DNA of 64,000 nt, taken from positions 78,607 to 142,606 of the forward strand of contig VGCI01000003.1 in the NCBI GenBank assembly GCA_016870095.1, read 5' to 3'. The translations under genes were made by a program, and so were the position numbers. Below the pieces are notes generated by a model, which did no database searches, had not been told where the DNA came from, and saw only the letters and a list, made by a program, of their open reading frames with translations. The stretch is from Alphaproteobacteria bacterium (lineage in GTDB: Bacteria; Pseudomonadota; Alphaproteobacteria; Paracaedibacterales; VGCI01). Below are positions 9,737-20,683 of this stretch, piece after piece. How positions within the stretch are numbered: the first letter of the stretch is position 1; each line of letters opens with the position of its first letter.

Positions 9737-10102
9737 AGCTTAATTAATTCCTTTAACGATAACTCTTAAGGTGACTATATCAGAGAATTAATTGGTTAAG
9801 GACTTAGATTTTTGTAGAAATTTTTAACAGGAAAATTACGGGGCTAATTTTTTTATTTTTTTTATCATAGCCCCTGGCTATTAGATAATCCAAAAGCCAA
9901 TTCGGTTGCAATGATAATTGTATAATTATGAATTAGAAAACGCTTAAAATGAAAGAATAATTTTATATAAGACTTAAATAACTTATTGAAAATAAATGAT
10001 AAAAATAGTAAAAAAATTGAATTTGCGACAAAAGATCACACTCACTTTATTGATGATCATTTATAACTGAAATGAAGATTTTCGTGAAGACAAAACCATT
10101 TT

Positions 10103-11905
10103 CTATCGTCGTCCAAAGAGTTTTTCAATTTCTGGTCTTTGTAGCTTGATATAAGTTGGTCGTCCATGATTGCACTGTCCGGAATAAGGTGTTGCTTCCA
10201 TTTGGCGTAAGAGGGCATTCATTTCGTCCAATGAAAGTTGACGGCCGGCCCGCACACTATTGTGGCAGGCAAGAGTTCCCATAATCTCATTTAGTTGCTC
10301 AGATAATTGTAAGGTAGTGTCCATATCCAAAATCTCAGAACTTAAATCATAGATGAGCTGTTTCCAGTCAGCTTTTCCTAATATAGCAGGGACTTCCCGC
10401 ACCATGATGGCTGTAAGACCAAATTTATCTATAACCAGTCCAAGCTGATGCAGATCTTGTTGGCGAGAAAGAATGGCTTTTAAAGCCTCATCGGGGAGAT
10501 CAACAATTTCCGGTAATAGTAAAGTTTGTCGCTTAATGCCGGCTGAAGCCTGTTCTTGTTTCATTTTTTCGTAAACAAGGCGTTCATGGGCTGCATGCTG
10601 ATCAACTATAACAAGACTTTCAGGGGTTTCACTTAAAATATAGGTGCCATGAATTTGTGCACGTGCAAATCCAAGTGGATACTTATCTGAGGGTTCTGGA
10701 GCTGATTCAGGGATTGTAATTGCAGATAAGGGAGCGGCATGATAGGTAGCAATGGTTTCATCTAATCCCGGGGCTAAGTGCTGTTCAGGAAAAGAAAGCC
10801 GGACGGAATGAGAGGGAGCTGATCTCAAAGAAGGTCCGGAATATTGTTTCCCTGTCCAAGCACCTGGAGTCATGGTTGGCCGTTGGAAAGCAACAATAGC
10901 TTCTTTAGAAATTGTTGTTGAGCTTTGATGCGCGGCTTCCTGTAACGCGTTTTTAAGGGCACTGATCATCGTCCCTCTCACCAACCCTGCATCTCTAAAG
11001 CGAACTTCAGCTTTTGCAGGATGAACATTTATATCAACTTCAGCAGGGTCTATATCTAAAAATAGCGCCAAAACTGGGTGACGATTGCTTGCAAGAAAGT
11101 CCTGATAAGCCACGCGCACGGCAGCAGATAAAAGTTTATCTTTCACCGGGCGACCATTAACAAATAAATATTGAGTTGCCGCAGAACTCCGGTTAAATGT
11201 TGGCACACTGATTTTCCCTTTTAGTGTGAGTCCTTCTCGAACCATGAGCACAGGGCAAGAATTTTCAAGAAAATCCTTTCCTAAAATGGCACTAATGCGG
11301 TCCATGTTATTGGTGTAGGAAAATACTTGGCGTTCTCCATCAAATAAAGAAAAGTGAATTTCGGGATGAGCTAAGGCTAAACGGCTCAGTATATCGACAA
11401 TGTGGGATAACTCCGTTGAGGGGGATTTCAAAAATTTGAGCCGTGCAGGGGTTGCATAAAAAAGGTCTCTGACTTCAACGCGTGTACCACAACCAAAGGA
11501 CGTGGGGGAGAGTGCACTTTTACTGCCTCCCTCAACAGTTAGACGCCAGGCTGAATCATCATTTTTTGTTCGGCTGATAATTGTTAAGCGGCTTACGGCA
11601 CCGATTGAGGGCAGGGCTTCCCCTCTAAATCCCAAGGTTCGAATATTAAATAAGTCGCTATCGGGTATTTTTGAAGTCGCATGTCGCTCCACGCTTAAAT
11701 TTAAGTCGTTTTGGCTCATGCCTTGACCATTATCTGTAATAGAAATTAACGTACGACCCCCTTCGCGAACCACTATATCTATTTTCGTGGCTTGTGCATC
11801 AATGGCATTCTCAACCAACTCCTTAATAGCAGATGCGGGTCTTTCAATGACTTCACCCGCAGCAATCTGGTTAATGAGAGTGGGATCAAGAAACCTAACA
11901 TTCAT
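10103..11905 (-). CDS. mutL: DNA mismatch repair endonuclease MutL
   Basis: GHKL ATPase N-terminus INQIAAGEVIERPASAIKELVENAIDA. 600 aa with a C-terminal dimerisation/endonuclease region. Confidence 0.95.
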   Translation of the reverse strand: MNVRFLDPTLINQIAAGEVIERPASAIKELVENAIDAQATKIDIVVREGGRTLISITDNGQGMSQNDLNLSVERHATSKIPDSDLFNIRTLGFRGEALPSIGAVSRLTIISRTKNDDSAWRLTVEGGSKSALSPTSFGCGTRVEVRDLFYATPARLKFLKSPSTELSHIVDILSRLALAHPEIHFSLFDGERQVFSYTNNMDRISAILGKDFLENSCPVLMVREGLTLKGKISVPTFNRSSAATQYLFVNGRPVKDKLLSAAVRVAYQDFLASNRHPVLALFLDIDPAEVDINVHPAKAEVRFRDAGLVRGTMISALKNALQEAAHQSSTTISKEAIVAFQRPTMTPGAWTGKQYSGPSLRSAPSHSVRLSFPEQHLAPGLDETIATYHAAPLSAITIPESAPEPSDKYPLGFARAQIHGTYILSETPESLVIVDQHAAHERLVYEKMKQEQASAGIKRQTLLLPEIVDLPDEALKAILSRQQDLHQLGLVIDKFGLTAIMVREVPAILGKADWKQLIYDLSSEILDMDTTLQLSEQLNEIMGTLACHNSVRAGRQLSLDEMNALLRQMEATPYSGQCNHGRPTYIKLQRPEIEKLFGRR

Positions 11906-13161
11906 GCGATTTTACTCAAATAGTGTTGAGTCAAAATTTTTCCTTCTTCAACGGCGGGTTGGTCGAAAGGGTTTACGCCCAAAAGATGAGACATTGCAAG
12001 GGTTTCAAGAATATAATGCATCATCAATCCTCCCAAAGTTTTGGCGTCCAATTTTTCAAGTTCAATGACGCGCGTTGGGCATTTGTGACGTCGCAAAGTA
12101 TCGATGGTGGCTTTTTGTTCAGCCATCATTAAATTGCCCATTGATTTTCCCTGAAAAAGATCTACGGCTGGATGCCCTACGGGAGGTATTGCTATTTTAA
12201 ATATGTCATCAAAATGGTTTAACGTAATAAGGGTATAGACTTTATCACGGGGTCCATCTAGATAAAGTTGGAGTTGTGAATGCTGATCGACAGTTCCTAA
12301 AGCTTGAATGGGTGTAATGCCTTGAGCATTATTAGCCTTATCTTTTTTTCCTAAACTTTCTGCCCACAGTTGTCGAAACCACAAGGAGAAAGTGTTGAGT
12401 CGATCTATATAAGGCATCATTACAGTTTGAGTGATTCCCTCCTGGCTTAAACGTATATGTGCAAGAGCTCCCTGAAGAATTTGGCACTCTTGTGTATTAA
12501 TTGCTGCTAAATTAGAATTCAAAATATCACGGGCACCATTTCGTATCTCTTTTGCATTTACACCCGCAATAAGGGCGGGTAGCATTCCCACAACGGTAAA
12601 TACAGCAAAACGCCCCCCGATATTTGTCGGGTGATCTAAGCAAGCAATGTTGTAGGCAGTTGCCAATTGACGAATACCATTTTCAAAAGGTTCGCTGATG
12701 ACAACAAAACAATCTTTAATAATTTTTTCATAACCTAAATCAACCCAATATTGCAGGCAAACTAAGAGTTGCATTAATGTTTCAGCGGTATTGCCTGATT
12801 TCGAAATGGCAATGATACCGGTCTTGGAGGGATCGATTTTATTGAGAGAATTTTTAAAAGTATGGGGATCAATATTGTCTAGGAAATGAAATCTCGGAAT
12901 ACATTTGTTGGCATCTCTTAAGCAAAGAAGGGTTTGCCCTCCTAAGCTAGATCCTCCCGTTCCCAAAATGAAAATATCTTCGAAATTCTGAAATTGATCG
13001 ACTACAGGCTTTAATTGGGACAATAAATCATCAGATTGTAGTTCAATAAATAAGGGGAGGGTTGCATTGAGTGTTTGCAAATAGGATAAAGTTTCCGGAG
13101 CTTCTTCTAGAGAAGGGATTCCATCTAGGTTTTGGGTGAACAAAGTATTTTGCAAAATCAC
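11902..13161 (-). CDS. pgi: Glucose-6-phosphate isomerase (short form)
   Basis: Motifs ISKSGNTAETL, NIGGRFAVF and VNPFDQPAVEEGK correspond to the PGI signatures. 419 aa. Confidence 0.85.
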   Translation of the reverse strand: MILQNTLFTQNLDGIPSLEEAPETLSYLQTLNATLPLFIELQSDDLLSQLKPVVDQFQNFEDIFILGTGGSSLGGQTLLCLRDANKCIPRFHFLDNIDPHTFKNSLNKIDPSKTGIIAISKSGNTAETLMQLLVCLQYWVDLGYEKIIKDCFVVISEPFENGIRQLATAYNIACLDHPTNIGGRFAVFTVVGMLPALIAGVNAKEIRNGARDILNSNLAAINTQECQILQGALAHIRLSQEGITQTVMMPYIDRLNTFSLWFRQLWAESLGKKDKANNAQGITPIQALGTVDQHSQLQLYLDGPRDKVYTLITLNHFDDIFKIAIPPVGHPAVDLFQGKSMGNLMMAEQKATIDTLRRHKCPTRVIELEKLDAKTLGGLMMHYILETLAMSHLLGVNPFDQPAVEEGKILTQHYLSKIA

Positions 13162-13191
13162 AAGCTAAGTCCTTATTTTTAAAACTATTAG

Positions 13192-14628
13192 TTATTTCTT
13201 ATTTGTTTCATTCTGAGGAATTGGGGGTACAGTTACGTTATTTTGATTTTGCCTTAGTTGCGTGCATTGTAGTTCTTCAAGTTTTTGTTTTTCTTTGTAT
13301 CCTTCGGGGTAAATTGTAGCAATGGCTACTGGATTTTTGGATAAGACAAAATTTGCGGCTTCTTGAACTTGCGTAGGTGTCACAGCGTTTATTTTACTGG
13401 GTAAGTTATCGATTTGTTCCACAGTAAATCCGACACCCAAACGAGTAAATGCCATAACACTGCTATTATTTCCATCTCTTGCGAAAGCAAGATTTGCAAG
13501 AATATCTCTTTTAGCATCCGCAAGCTCTTTATGAGTCACCCCTTTTTTAATAACATCTGAAATATGCTTTTGTATGGCGACTTTTAGAGCTGTAAGGGAG
13601 GCATCGGGGGCCAGTGTAGCGGAAAAAGAAAATTTCTCAGGGTCATAACTATCATCATCATAAGAACAGTAGGCACTCACAGCAATTTTCTGTTCATCAA
13701 CAAGGCTTTTATAGAGTCGACTTGTATCATTGCCTCCCAAAATTTGTTCAAGAACAATTAGGGGATAGTAATGCTCGGCATTGGGGGCACGATGGTTAGG
13801 AGCGGCAAAATTCCACTGAACGGTCACTTGACTAACCCGCGGATTTTCTTGTTCAACTGTGATAGTAACTCCTTTATGATCTGGTTCTTTTATGCGAACA
13901 CGCTGAGGAATAGGCTGAGACGGTATCATGCCAAAATGCTTTTCAACCATGGGTTTGAGTTTTTCCATAGTGATGTCCCCGGCAATAACAAGTATAGCAT
14001 TATTGGGTGCATACCATTTTTTATAATGTTCATAGGTTGCTTCTCGTGTATAGGCAGCTATATGTTGAGGATATCCAATGGGGGGAATACCATAGGGATG
14101 ATACCAGAAAGTTGCACGTAATAGAGATTCATAAGCCAAATTAAATGGGTTGTTATCCTGGCGCATCAAGCGTTCTTCTTGAACGACTTTCTGTTCTTCT
14201 TTCAATTCTCTTTCATTCAAAACCAAATTTTGCATTCGGTCGGCTTCAAGTTTGAGATAGAAATCTAAAAATTCAATAGCAATGTCACACGTGTAGGCTG
14301 TGAGGTCAGGCGTTGTGAAAGCATTAATTTGCCCTCCGTTGCTGGTGATAATCTTGCGAAATTGATCTGTGGGAATTTCTTTTGTACCTTTAAACATTAA
14401 GTGCTCAAGGAAGTGAGAGATGCCATGCATCGCTTCAGGGTCATCTGCTGTACCCACTTTATAAATTAAATTAACTGAAACCACTGGAGCCAAGTGATTT
14501 TCGATTAAAACAACTTGAAGACCATTTGGTAAAGATAATGTAGAGGGGTGAAAAATACCCTCTGCAGAAATAGGCGATAGGATGGAGTGAATGAAAAGTG
14601 TAACGGCCAAAATAATCCATTTTTTCAT
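13192..14628 (-). CDS. M16 family zinc peptidase (pitrilysin-like, catalytic subunit)
   Basis: Signal peptide plus the inverted zinc motif HxxEH (HFLEHLMFKGT). Confidence 0.85.
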   Translation of the reverse strand: MKKWIILAVTLFIHSILSPISAEGIFHPSTLSLPNGLQVVLIENHLAPVVSVNLIYKVGTADDPEAMHGISHFLEHLMFKGTKEIPTDQFRKIITSNGGQINAFTTPDLTAYTCDIAIEFLDFYLKLEADRMQNLVLNERELKEEQKVVQEERLMRQDNNPFNLAYESLLRATFWYHPYGIPPIGYPQHIAAYTREATYEHYKKWYAPNNAILVIAGDITMEKLKPMVEKHFGMIPSQPIPQRVRIKEPDHKGVTITVEQENPRVSQVTVQWNFAAPNHRAPNAEHYYPLIVLEQILGGNDTSRLYKSLVDEQKIAVSAYCSYDDDSYDPEKFSFSATLAPDASLTALKVAIQKHISDVIKKGVTHKELADAKRDILANLAFARDGNNSSVMAFTRLGVGFTVEQIDNLPSKINAVTPTQVQEAANFVLSKNPVAIATIYPEGYKEKQKLEELQCTQLRQNQNNVTVPPIPQNETNKK

Positions 14629-16106
14629 TATGAGCTTGCTCCTATTTGTTTTCCTTGAATTATATTTTGGCTGGAAAGTTCTTTAGGGTCACCAACAATA
14701 ACGAATGTCAATTGGTCGGGTTTTAAAAGAGTTTTTGCAACAGCATTAACCTCCTTAAGGGTGACAGCAGAGATAATTTCATTCCGTTTATTGATGTAAT
14801 CTAATCCGAGGTTATCTATTTGATAAACTAATAACGCTTTGGCAATTTTCATAGTTGAGCTGAAATTTAAAGCAAAGCTCCCAATTAGGCGCTTCTTAAT
14901 AAAATCGAGCTCGGCCTGTGTTGCGCCTTCCGCCATGTCTGTCCATATTTTTCGAATCAGAGTGATCATTTCTTTGACACTCTTACTTTTTGTTGATGTA
15001 TCTCCCGCTAGCAGAGAGGAATGCTGTGACCAGGTCAAATTCGCATCAATATCATAAGTTAGCCCCCGTTTTTCACGAATCTCATTCCATAAGCGAGATT
15101 CATATTGGCCTTCTCCCAAGATTTTAAGGAGAAGAAAGGCGGGGTAAAAGTTAGGGTCGGAGCGGGGAATTCCGGGTTGGGCAAACCGGATAAAACTTTG
15201 GGGAATATTAAGAGGCTCAATAACAGTCGTCCCCATTTTGGGTAGAATGGCCCTATCAATGTCATAAGGAACAGCTTTTGGTGGCAAATCTCCAAAAGTG
15301 GTATCCAAATAGTCCTTGACTTCGTTTGCGGAAATATCACCGACAATAGAGATGATTAACTGATCTTGGGCAAATCGGTCTTTCATAAATTGACGTAACT
15401 GAATATCAGTGATTTTTGAAAATTCCTTCAAGGTTTGTTGAACAGTTGTTCCATACGGATGGTTGGCAAAAAGGATCGTATTAAGTTTATTTGTAGCTAT
15501 TGTGCGTTCGCTGTGGAGCGATTGTTCCAATATGGTTAGAATTTGATTTTTGACGCGGATAAGGGCCATTTTGTCAAAGCGAGGCTTTGTTAATATGTCT
15601 TTTAAAATATGAAAGGCTTGATGTATATTTTTTTTGACGGCTCGAATGCTAATTTGAAAGAAATCTTGAGAAGAGGCGATTGTTAGTTCAATATTATTTT
15701 TCAGCAATTCTGCCTTAAATTCTTGGCTATCCCAGTTTCCTGCGCCCTCATCTAATGTGCTTGATAATAAATAGGTAAGACCAGAAAATCCCTTGGGATC
15801 AGAAGCATTGCCGGCATTTTTAAAAGCCAAAGCAACGGAAACAACAGGAATATCATGGGTTTCTACCATCCACGCGCGTAGACCCTTTTTCCCTCTAACT
15901 TCTTGCACATTAATGGGCTTCGATTTGGGTTGGTGTGTCGGCGACGGTAAAGAAGATTGTCCGTGAGCAATACTTACCGAACAATAGAAACCCAAGACAA
16001 TAATACAAGCAAAAAATGCTTTTATGAGTGACTGCTGCAGTAAACTGAGCAATAAACTAGAGTCAGAAATCCTTTTACAAAAAATTCGGGATTTTATCCT
16101 CATCAT
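14628..16106 (-). CDS. M16 family peptidase-like protein (no HxxEH motif; probable non-catalytic partner)
   Basis: 492 aa with M16 two-domain architecture. The equivalent motif position reads GLTYLLSSTLDEG. It abuts the catalytic M16 gene with a 1-nt overlap. Confidence 0.78.
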   Translation of the reverse strand: MMRIKSRIFCKRISDSSLLLSLLQQSLIKAFFACIIVLGFYCSVSIAHGQSSLPSPTHQPKSKPINVQEVRGKKGLRAWMVETHDIPVVSVALAFKNAGNASDPKGFSGLTYLLSSTLDEGAGNWDSQEFKAELLKNNIELTIASSQDFFQISIRAVKKNIHQAFHILKDILTKPRFDKMALIRVKNQILTILEQSLHSERTIATNKLNTILFANHPYGTTVQQTLKEFSKITDIQLRQFMKDRFAQDQLIISIVGDISANEVKDYLDTTFGDLPPKAVPYDIDRAILPKMGTTVIEPLNIPQSFIRFAQPGIPRSDPNFYPAFLLLKILGEGQYESRLWNEIREKRGLTYDIDANLTWSQHSSLLAGDTSTKSKSVKEMITLIRKIWTDMAEGATQAELDFIKKRLIGSFALNFSSTMKIAKALLVYQIDNLGLDYINKRNEIISAVTLKEVNAVAKTLLKPDQLTFVIVGDPKELSSQNIIQGKQIGASS

Positions 16107-16666
16107 TCTCCTTCTTTCTCTGGGGGGGTCGTTTTTTTGCCAGCGTCAAGATTATTTTCAACTTTTTGATCTGTGGTGTTAGGCCGTGATAAAGTCAAAT
16201 TTTCAGAGGCTTCTTTTTTCCAATTTTTTATTTGTGTGATTATTTTCTCAGAGACGTTGCCATCAATCTGGGCTTCTTCATCAACTTTTTTACGAATATC
16301 TGCAGGAACTTCCTGGTTTTCTGATGCCTTTTCAATGAGTTCTTTCTCTCCTTGTGAAGAAGTACGAGCTGAATCAATATGATAATCATCTCCTAAAATT
16401 GTTTTTTGGGCTTTTGCCGTTTCGGGAATAGCGTGCGGATTAGGTTTCCCTGGTGTAGGAGGTGGCAGCTTGGGGCGTGAAGCAAAGTCAGGGGGCAAAA
16501 TAAGGCCTGGACTTGGTTCTGCGGTGTTCCATTCGTTAGGACTTGAGTGGTCTAAACCTAAAGCATTTCGGAAGCTATCGCATCCTCCTAAAATAAGAGT
16601 GTTTAATAGAAAGCCTGTTAAAAAGTACTTTTTATAACTTAATTGTTTTTCAGAAATTATCTTCAT
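16103..16666 (-). CDS. DUF3035-like lipoprotein
   Basis: Lipobox LILGGC, then a P-rich segment (PSPGLILPPDFASRPKLPPPTPGKPNP) resembling DUF3035. It holds the conserved alphaproteobacterial position between lspA and the M16 pair. Confidence 0.6.
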   Translation of the reverse strand: MKIISEKQLSYKKYFLTGFLLNTLILGGCDSFRNALGLDHSSPNEWNTAEPSPGLILPPDFASRPKLPPPTPGKPNPHAIPETAKAQKTILGDDYHIDSARTSSQGEKELIEKASENQEVPADIRKKVDEEAQIDGNVSEKIITQIKNWKKEASENLTLSRPNTTDQKVENNLDAGKKTTPPEKEGE

Positions 16667-16692
16667 TTTTTTACCTAGTTAATGTTTATTAT

Positions 16693-17250
16693 TTATTTTT
16701 GGAACCACATTTCTTTTAAATGCTCAATAATCACGAGACCAACGCCGACAACAATGCCAATGTCTGCAATATTAAATGTATACCAATGATAGCCATGAAC
16801 ATGAAAATCAAGGAAATCTGTAACCGCACCAAAACGAAGACGGTCTATTAAGTTACCAACAGCACCTCCCAAGACCATACCAAATGCAATGGCGAGCATC
16901 TTTGAATCAGACCGCCAAATCCAGGCTATCAGAACAAAAGCAAATGCAAAAGCAATTGAAGCTAGAATCCATACTCCATAAGGATTGTTGCTCGAGAGAA
17001 GTCCAAAACTAACCCCACGATTCCAGGCTAAGATAATATTCAGAAATGAAGTAACCCTTAAATTTTGAGGAGGAACCATGAGGTGATTCAAAACAATCCA
17101 TTTGGAAAGTTGATCTAAAACAAAAATAATTCCCGCAAGTCCCAGGCCCATAAAAGGCCAAATACAAGGCAACGAATGAGAACGCAGCGTTTTTGCGTCA
17201 CTTGACTTTTCTCCAGTTAACTCTTTTTTAATTTTTGCTTTTTTTGTCAT
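16693..17250 (-). CDS. lspA: Lipoprotein signal peptidase (signal peptidase II)
   Basis: Four-TM protein with motifs NRGVSFGL and FNIADIGIVVG. The longest ORF starts at a TTG (17280) inside ileS. The ATG at 17250 lies just after the ileS stop and is preferred. Confidence 0.9.
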   Translation of the reverse strand: MTKKAKIKKELTGEKSSDAKTLRSHSLPCIWPFMGLGLAGIIFVLDQLSKWIVLNHLMVPPQNLRVTSFLNIILAWNRGVSFGLLSSNNPYGVWILASIAFAFAFVLIAWIWRSDSKMLAIAFGMVLGGAVGNLIDRLRFGAVTDFLDFHVHGYHWYTFNIADIGIVVGVGLVIIEHLKEMWFQK

Positions 17251-17252
17251 CT

Positions 17253-20042
17253 TTACACTTCCTCTACGACATCCAGGCAACGTTTACATAAGTCTTCATG
17301 GATGCGTCCGACTTCTTCTAAAACTTTCCAACATCGACTACATTTTTGTCCCTCAGCCAAATTGACTATGACGCCTATATTTGTGACATCTTCGAGAACA
17401 AAAGCACCGGGAGGAGGTTGGGCAATGATTAGTGTTGCTTGAGAGGTAATGGAAAGTTCGGCTAACTCTGGGTCACTCATATCAAGCGATTTAAGAGTTT
17501 CGGCAATCTCAGGGGTTACGTAAATGGCGACATTGGCTTGTAAGCTAGACCCAATTGTTTTCGCGGTCCTTTCAACTTCTAAGGCACCTGTAATGACTCG
17601 TCGCACATCTCGAATAATTTCCCATTGAGAAGCTAAGGCAGCGTTAGTCCAGCTGAAGGGAATATCGGGAAAAACTTGCAAATGGATACTGTCCACATCT
17701 TCTCCATAGCGAGCTTGACGAGCCTCTTCAGTTGTGAAACTTAATACCGGAGCTAACCAATGGGTTAAGCAAGCAAAAATATGGTCCATAACGGTACGTA
17801 CTGCGCGACGTTTTAGGGAAGACGGGGAGTCGCAATAGAGGCAATCTTTGCGTAAATCAAAGTAGAATGCGGATAAGTCAACAGCACAGAAAGTATGTAA
17901 GCTGGCATAAAAGTTCATAAAATCAAAAGTTTCGGCACTCTTTCGCAACGCCAAATCTAATTCAGCCAGACGATGTAAAATCAATTGCTCAAGTTTAGGC
18001 ATATCATTGAAGGGAACTTGTTCTTCTGGGGTGAAGCCATCAAGGGCACCTAACAAATAGCGCAATGTATTGCGTAAGCGGCGGTAAATATCTTCTTGAT
18101 ATTTCAGAATTTCAGTCCCAATGCGCATATCTTCTGTATAATCGACGGATATAACCCATAAACGCAATATATCAGCCCCCATGGTATCAATAATGGTAAT
18201 AGGGGCTAGAGCATTACCTTCCGATTTGGACATTTTAAGTCCTTTTTCATTTAAGGTAAAACCATGCGTTAAGACTTGGCGATAAGGAGCGTTTCCTGTT
18301 GTTCCGCAAGCTTCCATCAACGAGGACATAAACCAACCGCGGTGCTGGTCTGACCCTTCAAGATAAAGGTCGGCTGGCCAAGCTAATTCAGGACGATCTT
18401 TCAAAACAAATTCATGTGTACAGCCGCTATCAAACCATACATCCAGAATATCCATAACTTTGTCGTAATCATTAGGGTTGTATTTGGGAGCTAAAAAGCG
18501 ACTGGCTTCGCTGGTGTACCAAGTATCACCACCCTCTTTAGCAACGGCTTCGACAATGCGGGCATGCACGTCAGCATCCCGTAAAACTTCCCCTGTTTCT
18601 TTGTGAATAAATAACGTCATGGGCGTTCCCCACGCACGTTGGCGCGACAAGTTCCAATCTGGACGGCTTTCGACCATGGAGCGAATACGATTTTTGCCAA
18701 TGGTCGGTAACCAAGTGACTTCATCAATTGCCTTCAAAGATTTCGCACGCAAGTCATTTTTTTCCATGCTGATAAACCATTGTGCCGTTGTGCGAAAAAT
18801 TAGCGGTGCCTTAGATCTCCATGAATGAGGATAACTATGAATGATTTTTGTGGCATGAAGAAGGAGGCCGACTTCTTGAATCGCTTCAATGACTTTGGCA
18901 TTGGCTTTAAAGACAAATGTTCCGGCAAATAAGGGAACATTGGCATAATAGTGACCATCATCCGCAACGGTTCTAGGAATTTCAAGACCATGTTTTTTGC
19001 CAACTTCAAAGTCTTCTAGTCCATGACCTGGTGCTGTATGAACAAGGCCAGTTCCGGCTTCGGTGGTGACATGCTCCGCGTTAAGGAGAGGAACCGGAAA
19101 ATCATACCCCTTTCCTTGTAAAGGATGAGAACAAATTACCCCGGCTAACTCCTTGCCACTAAGAGTTCCAAGTACGTGGTGTGTCTCAACATCTAATTTG
19201 GCGAGAAAGTCGGCAACCAAATCAGTTGCTACAAGGAAAGCCTGGTCATGCTTATCAGACTTAATGACGGAATACTCGATACTTTCTCCATATGCGATGG
19301 CTCGATTTCCGGGGAGGGTCCAAGGTGTCGTGGTCCAAATGACGGCAGCCACATTATTCAAAATAGGCAAGTGCGTTTCCTTGACAGGAAAAGCAACATA
19401 AATAGAGTCTGAGGTGTGATCTTTGTATTCAATTTCTGCTTCAGCCAATGTTGTTTTTTCAACAACGGACCACATAACTGGTTTTTGTCCCCGGTATAAA
19501 CTTCCATTCAGAAGAAAACATCCTAATTGTTCAATAATTCGGGCTTCTGTTTTGAAATTCATGGTGGAGTAGGGATCATCCCAGTCCGCAACGATTCCCA
19601 ACCGTTTGAATTCTTCCCGTTGAATATCAACCCACTTGGCGGCAAAGGTTCGGCATTCGGCTCGGAATTCTAATACATCAACATCATCTTTGTTAAGGCC
19701 TGCATCTCGATAGCTTTCCTCAATTTTCCATTCAATAGGTAAACCATGGCAGTCCCAACCGGGAACTAAAGGAGCGTCATAGCCAAGCATTTGGTATGTT
19801 TTATTGACAACGTCTTTTAAAGTTTCTGTGAGGGCGTGCCCAATATGAATGTGACCATTGGCATAGGGAGGGCCAAAATGAAGAATAAATTTTTTCCGGC
19901 CTTTAGATTGGGAGCGCAAGGTTTTGTATAGGTCAATTTTTTTCCAATAATTCAAAAAATCAACTTCACGTTTTGCCAAATTTGCCTTCATGGCAAAATT
20001 TGTTTTGGGGAGAAAAACTGTATTTTTATAATCGACTTTCAT
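17253..20042 (-). CDS. ileS: Isoleucine--tRNA ligase
   Basis: 929 aa with a HIGH motif (NGHIHIGHAL), a KMSKS motif (LKMSKSEGN) and a C-terminal Cys cluster (CSRCW...CKRC). Confidence 0.97.
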   Translation of the reverse strand: MKVDYKNTVFLPKTNFAMKANLAKREVDFLNYWKKIDLYKTLRSQSKGRKKFILHFGPPYANGHIHIGHALTETLKDVVNKTYQMLGYDAPLVPGWDCHGLPIEWKIEESYRDAGLNKDDVDVLEFRAECRTFAAKWVDIQREEFKRLGIVADWDDPYSTMNFKTEARIIEQLGCFLLNGSLYRGQKPVMWSVVEKTTLAEAEIEYKDHTSDSIYVAFPVKETHLPILNNVAAVIWTTTPWTLPGNRAIAYGESIEYSVIKSDKHDQAFLVATDLVADFLAKLDVETHHVLGTLSGKELAGVICSHPLQGKGYDFPVPLLNAEHVTTEAGTGLVHTAPGHGLEDFEVGKKHGLEIPRTVADDGHYYANVPLFAGTFVFKANAKVIEAIQEVGLLLHATKIIHSYPHSWRSKAPLIFRTTAQWFISMEKNDLRAKSLKAIDEVTWLPTIGKNRIRSMVESRPDWNLSRQRAWGTPMTLFIHKETGEVLRDADVHARIVEAVAKEGGDTWYTSEASRFLAPKYNPNDYDKVMDILDVWFDSGCTHEFVLKDRPELAWPADLYLEGSDQHRGWFMSSLMEACGTTGNAPYRQVLTHGFTLNEKGLKMSKSEGNALAPITIIDTMGADILRLWVISVDYTEDMRIGTEILKYQEDIYRRLRNTLRYLLGALDGFTPEEQVPFNDMPKLEQLILHRLAELDLALRKSAETFDFMNFYASLHTFCAVDLSAFYFDLRKDCLYCDSPSSLKRRAVRTVMDHIFACLTHWLAPVLSFTTEEARQARYGEDVDSIHLQVFPDIPFSWTNAALASQWEIIRDVRRVITGALEVERTAKTIGSSLQANVAIYVTPEIAETLKSLDMSDPELAELSITSQATLIIAQPPPGAFVLEDVTNIGVIVNLAEGQKCSRCWKVLEEVGRIHEDLCKRCLDVVEEV

Positions 20043-20145
20043 AAGCTTACAAGCTGACCTTCATTCCCTATGTGGTTTACGAGTAATTTTTTACTCACAT
20101 AAAAATATACTAACCTTTTTGTATGAATGACAAAAGGGAGTTCGT

Positions 20146-20592
20146 CTATTTTGATGGTTTTTTGCTGCTTAGCCGCCCAAAGTTACTAAATACTTCACGC
20201 AAAACGCCAGTTTCATACCCTGTCGTTTCAGTTTTACGGTCAATCGGTTTAATATTTTTTGCCTCTTCACCGGAGTATGTTTTAATATCGCTTACTGTGT
20301 TACTTTTATCAAAATTAATTACGGTAACTTGTTGTTCCAGAACTTCTGGCGTAAAGAAGGATGTTGTTGCGGTTTTCTTAGAAACATAATACCAAGTATT
20401 TTGGTCAAAAGTAGAAATAGTGGACGGGCTTCCTAAAAGATCTTGCACTTGTTTCTTTGTTTGAACGCCTGGTTTAATTTGAGTAAATTGAACATTTTCT
20501 GCATTGAATCCCCGGGATTCTATAGTTGGGGCACAGCCAATTAAAAAACTTGAAAATATGAAAGAAGAAAAGAGAGATGCATTGCACTTCAT
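20146..20592 (-). CDS. bamE: Outer membrane protein assembly factor BamE (SmpA/OmlA lipoprotein)
   Basis: Lipobox FLIGC followed by a SmpA/OmlA-like core (KKQVQDLLGSPSTISTFDQNTWYYV). Confidence 0.75.
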   Translation of the reverse strand: MKCNASLFSSFIFSSFLIGCAPTIESRGFNAENVQFTQIKPGVQTKKQVQDLLGSPSTISTFDQNTWYYVSKKTATTSFFTPEVLEQQVTVINFDKSNTVSDIKTYSGEEAKNIKPIDRKTETTGYETGVLREVFSNFGRLSSKKPSK

Positions 20593-20683
20593 GAGTTGGT
20601 AACCTAAAATAACTCTAATAATGTAAAATGAAAAACTACACTACATTTGACATCAACTCTTCAAACTGTCAATCATAAAGGTC

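Noticed and set aside
9737-10102. 366-bp very AT-rich spacer between mutL and coq7, with a GGGGCTA-N21-TAGCCCC hairpin (9840..9874)
   Set aside because: The stem is short and the loop is 21 nt. The downstream tract on the relevant (minus) strand is only weakly U-rich. No ORF or RNA motif was recognised. It is most simply a promoter or spacer region for coq7.
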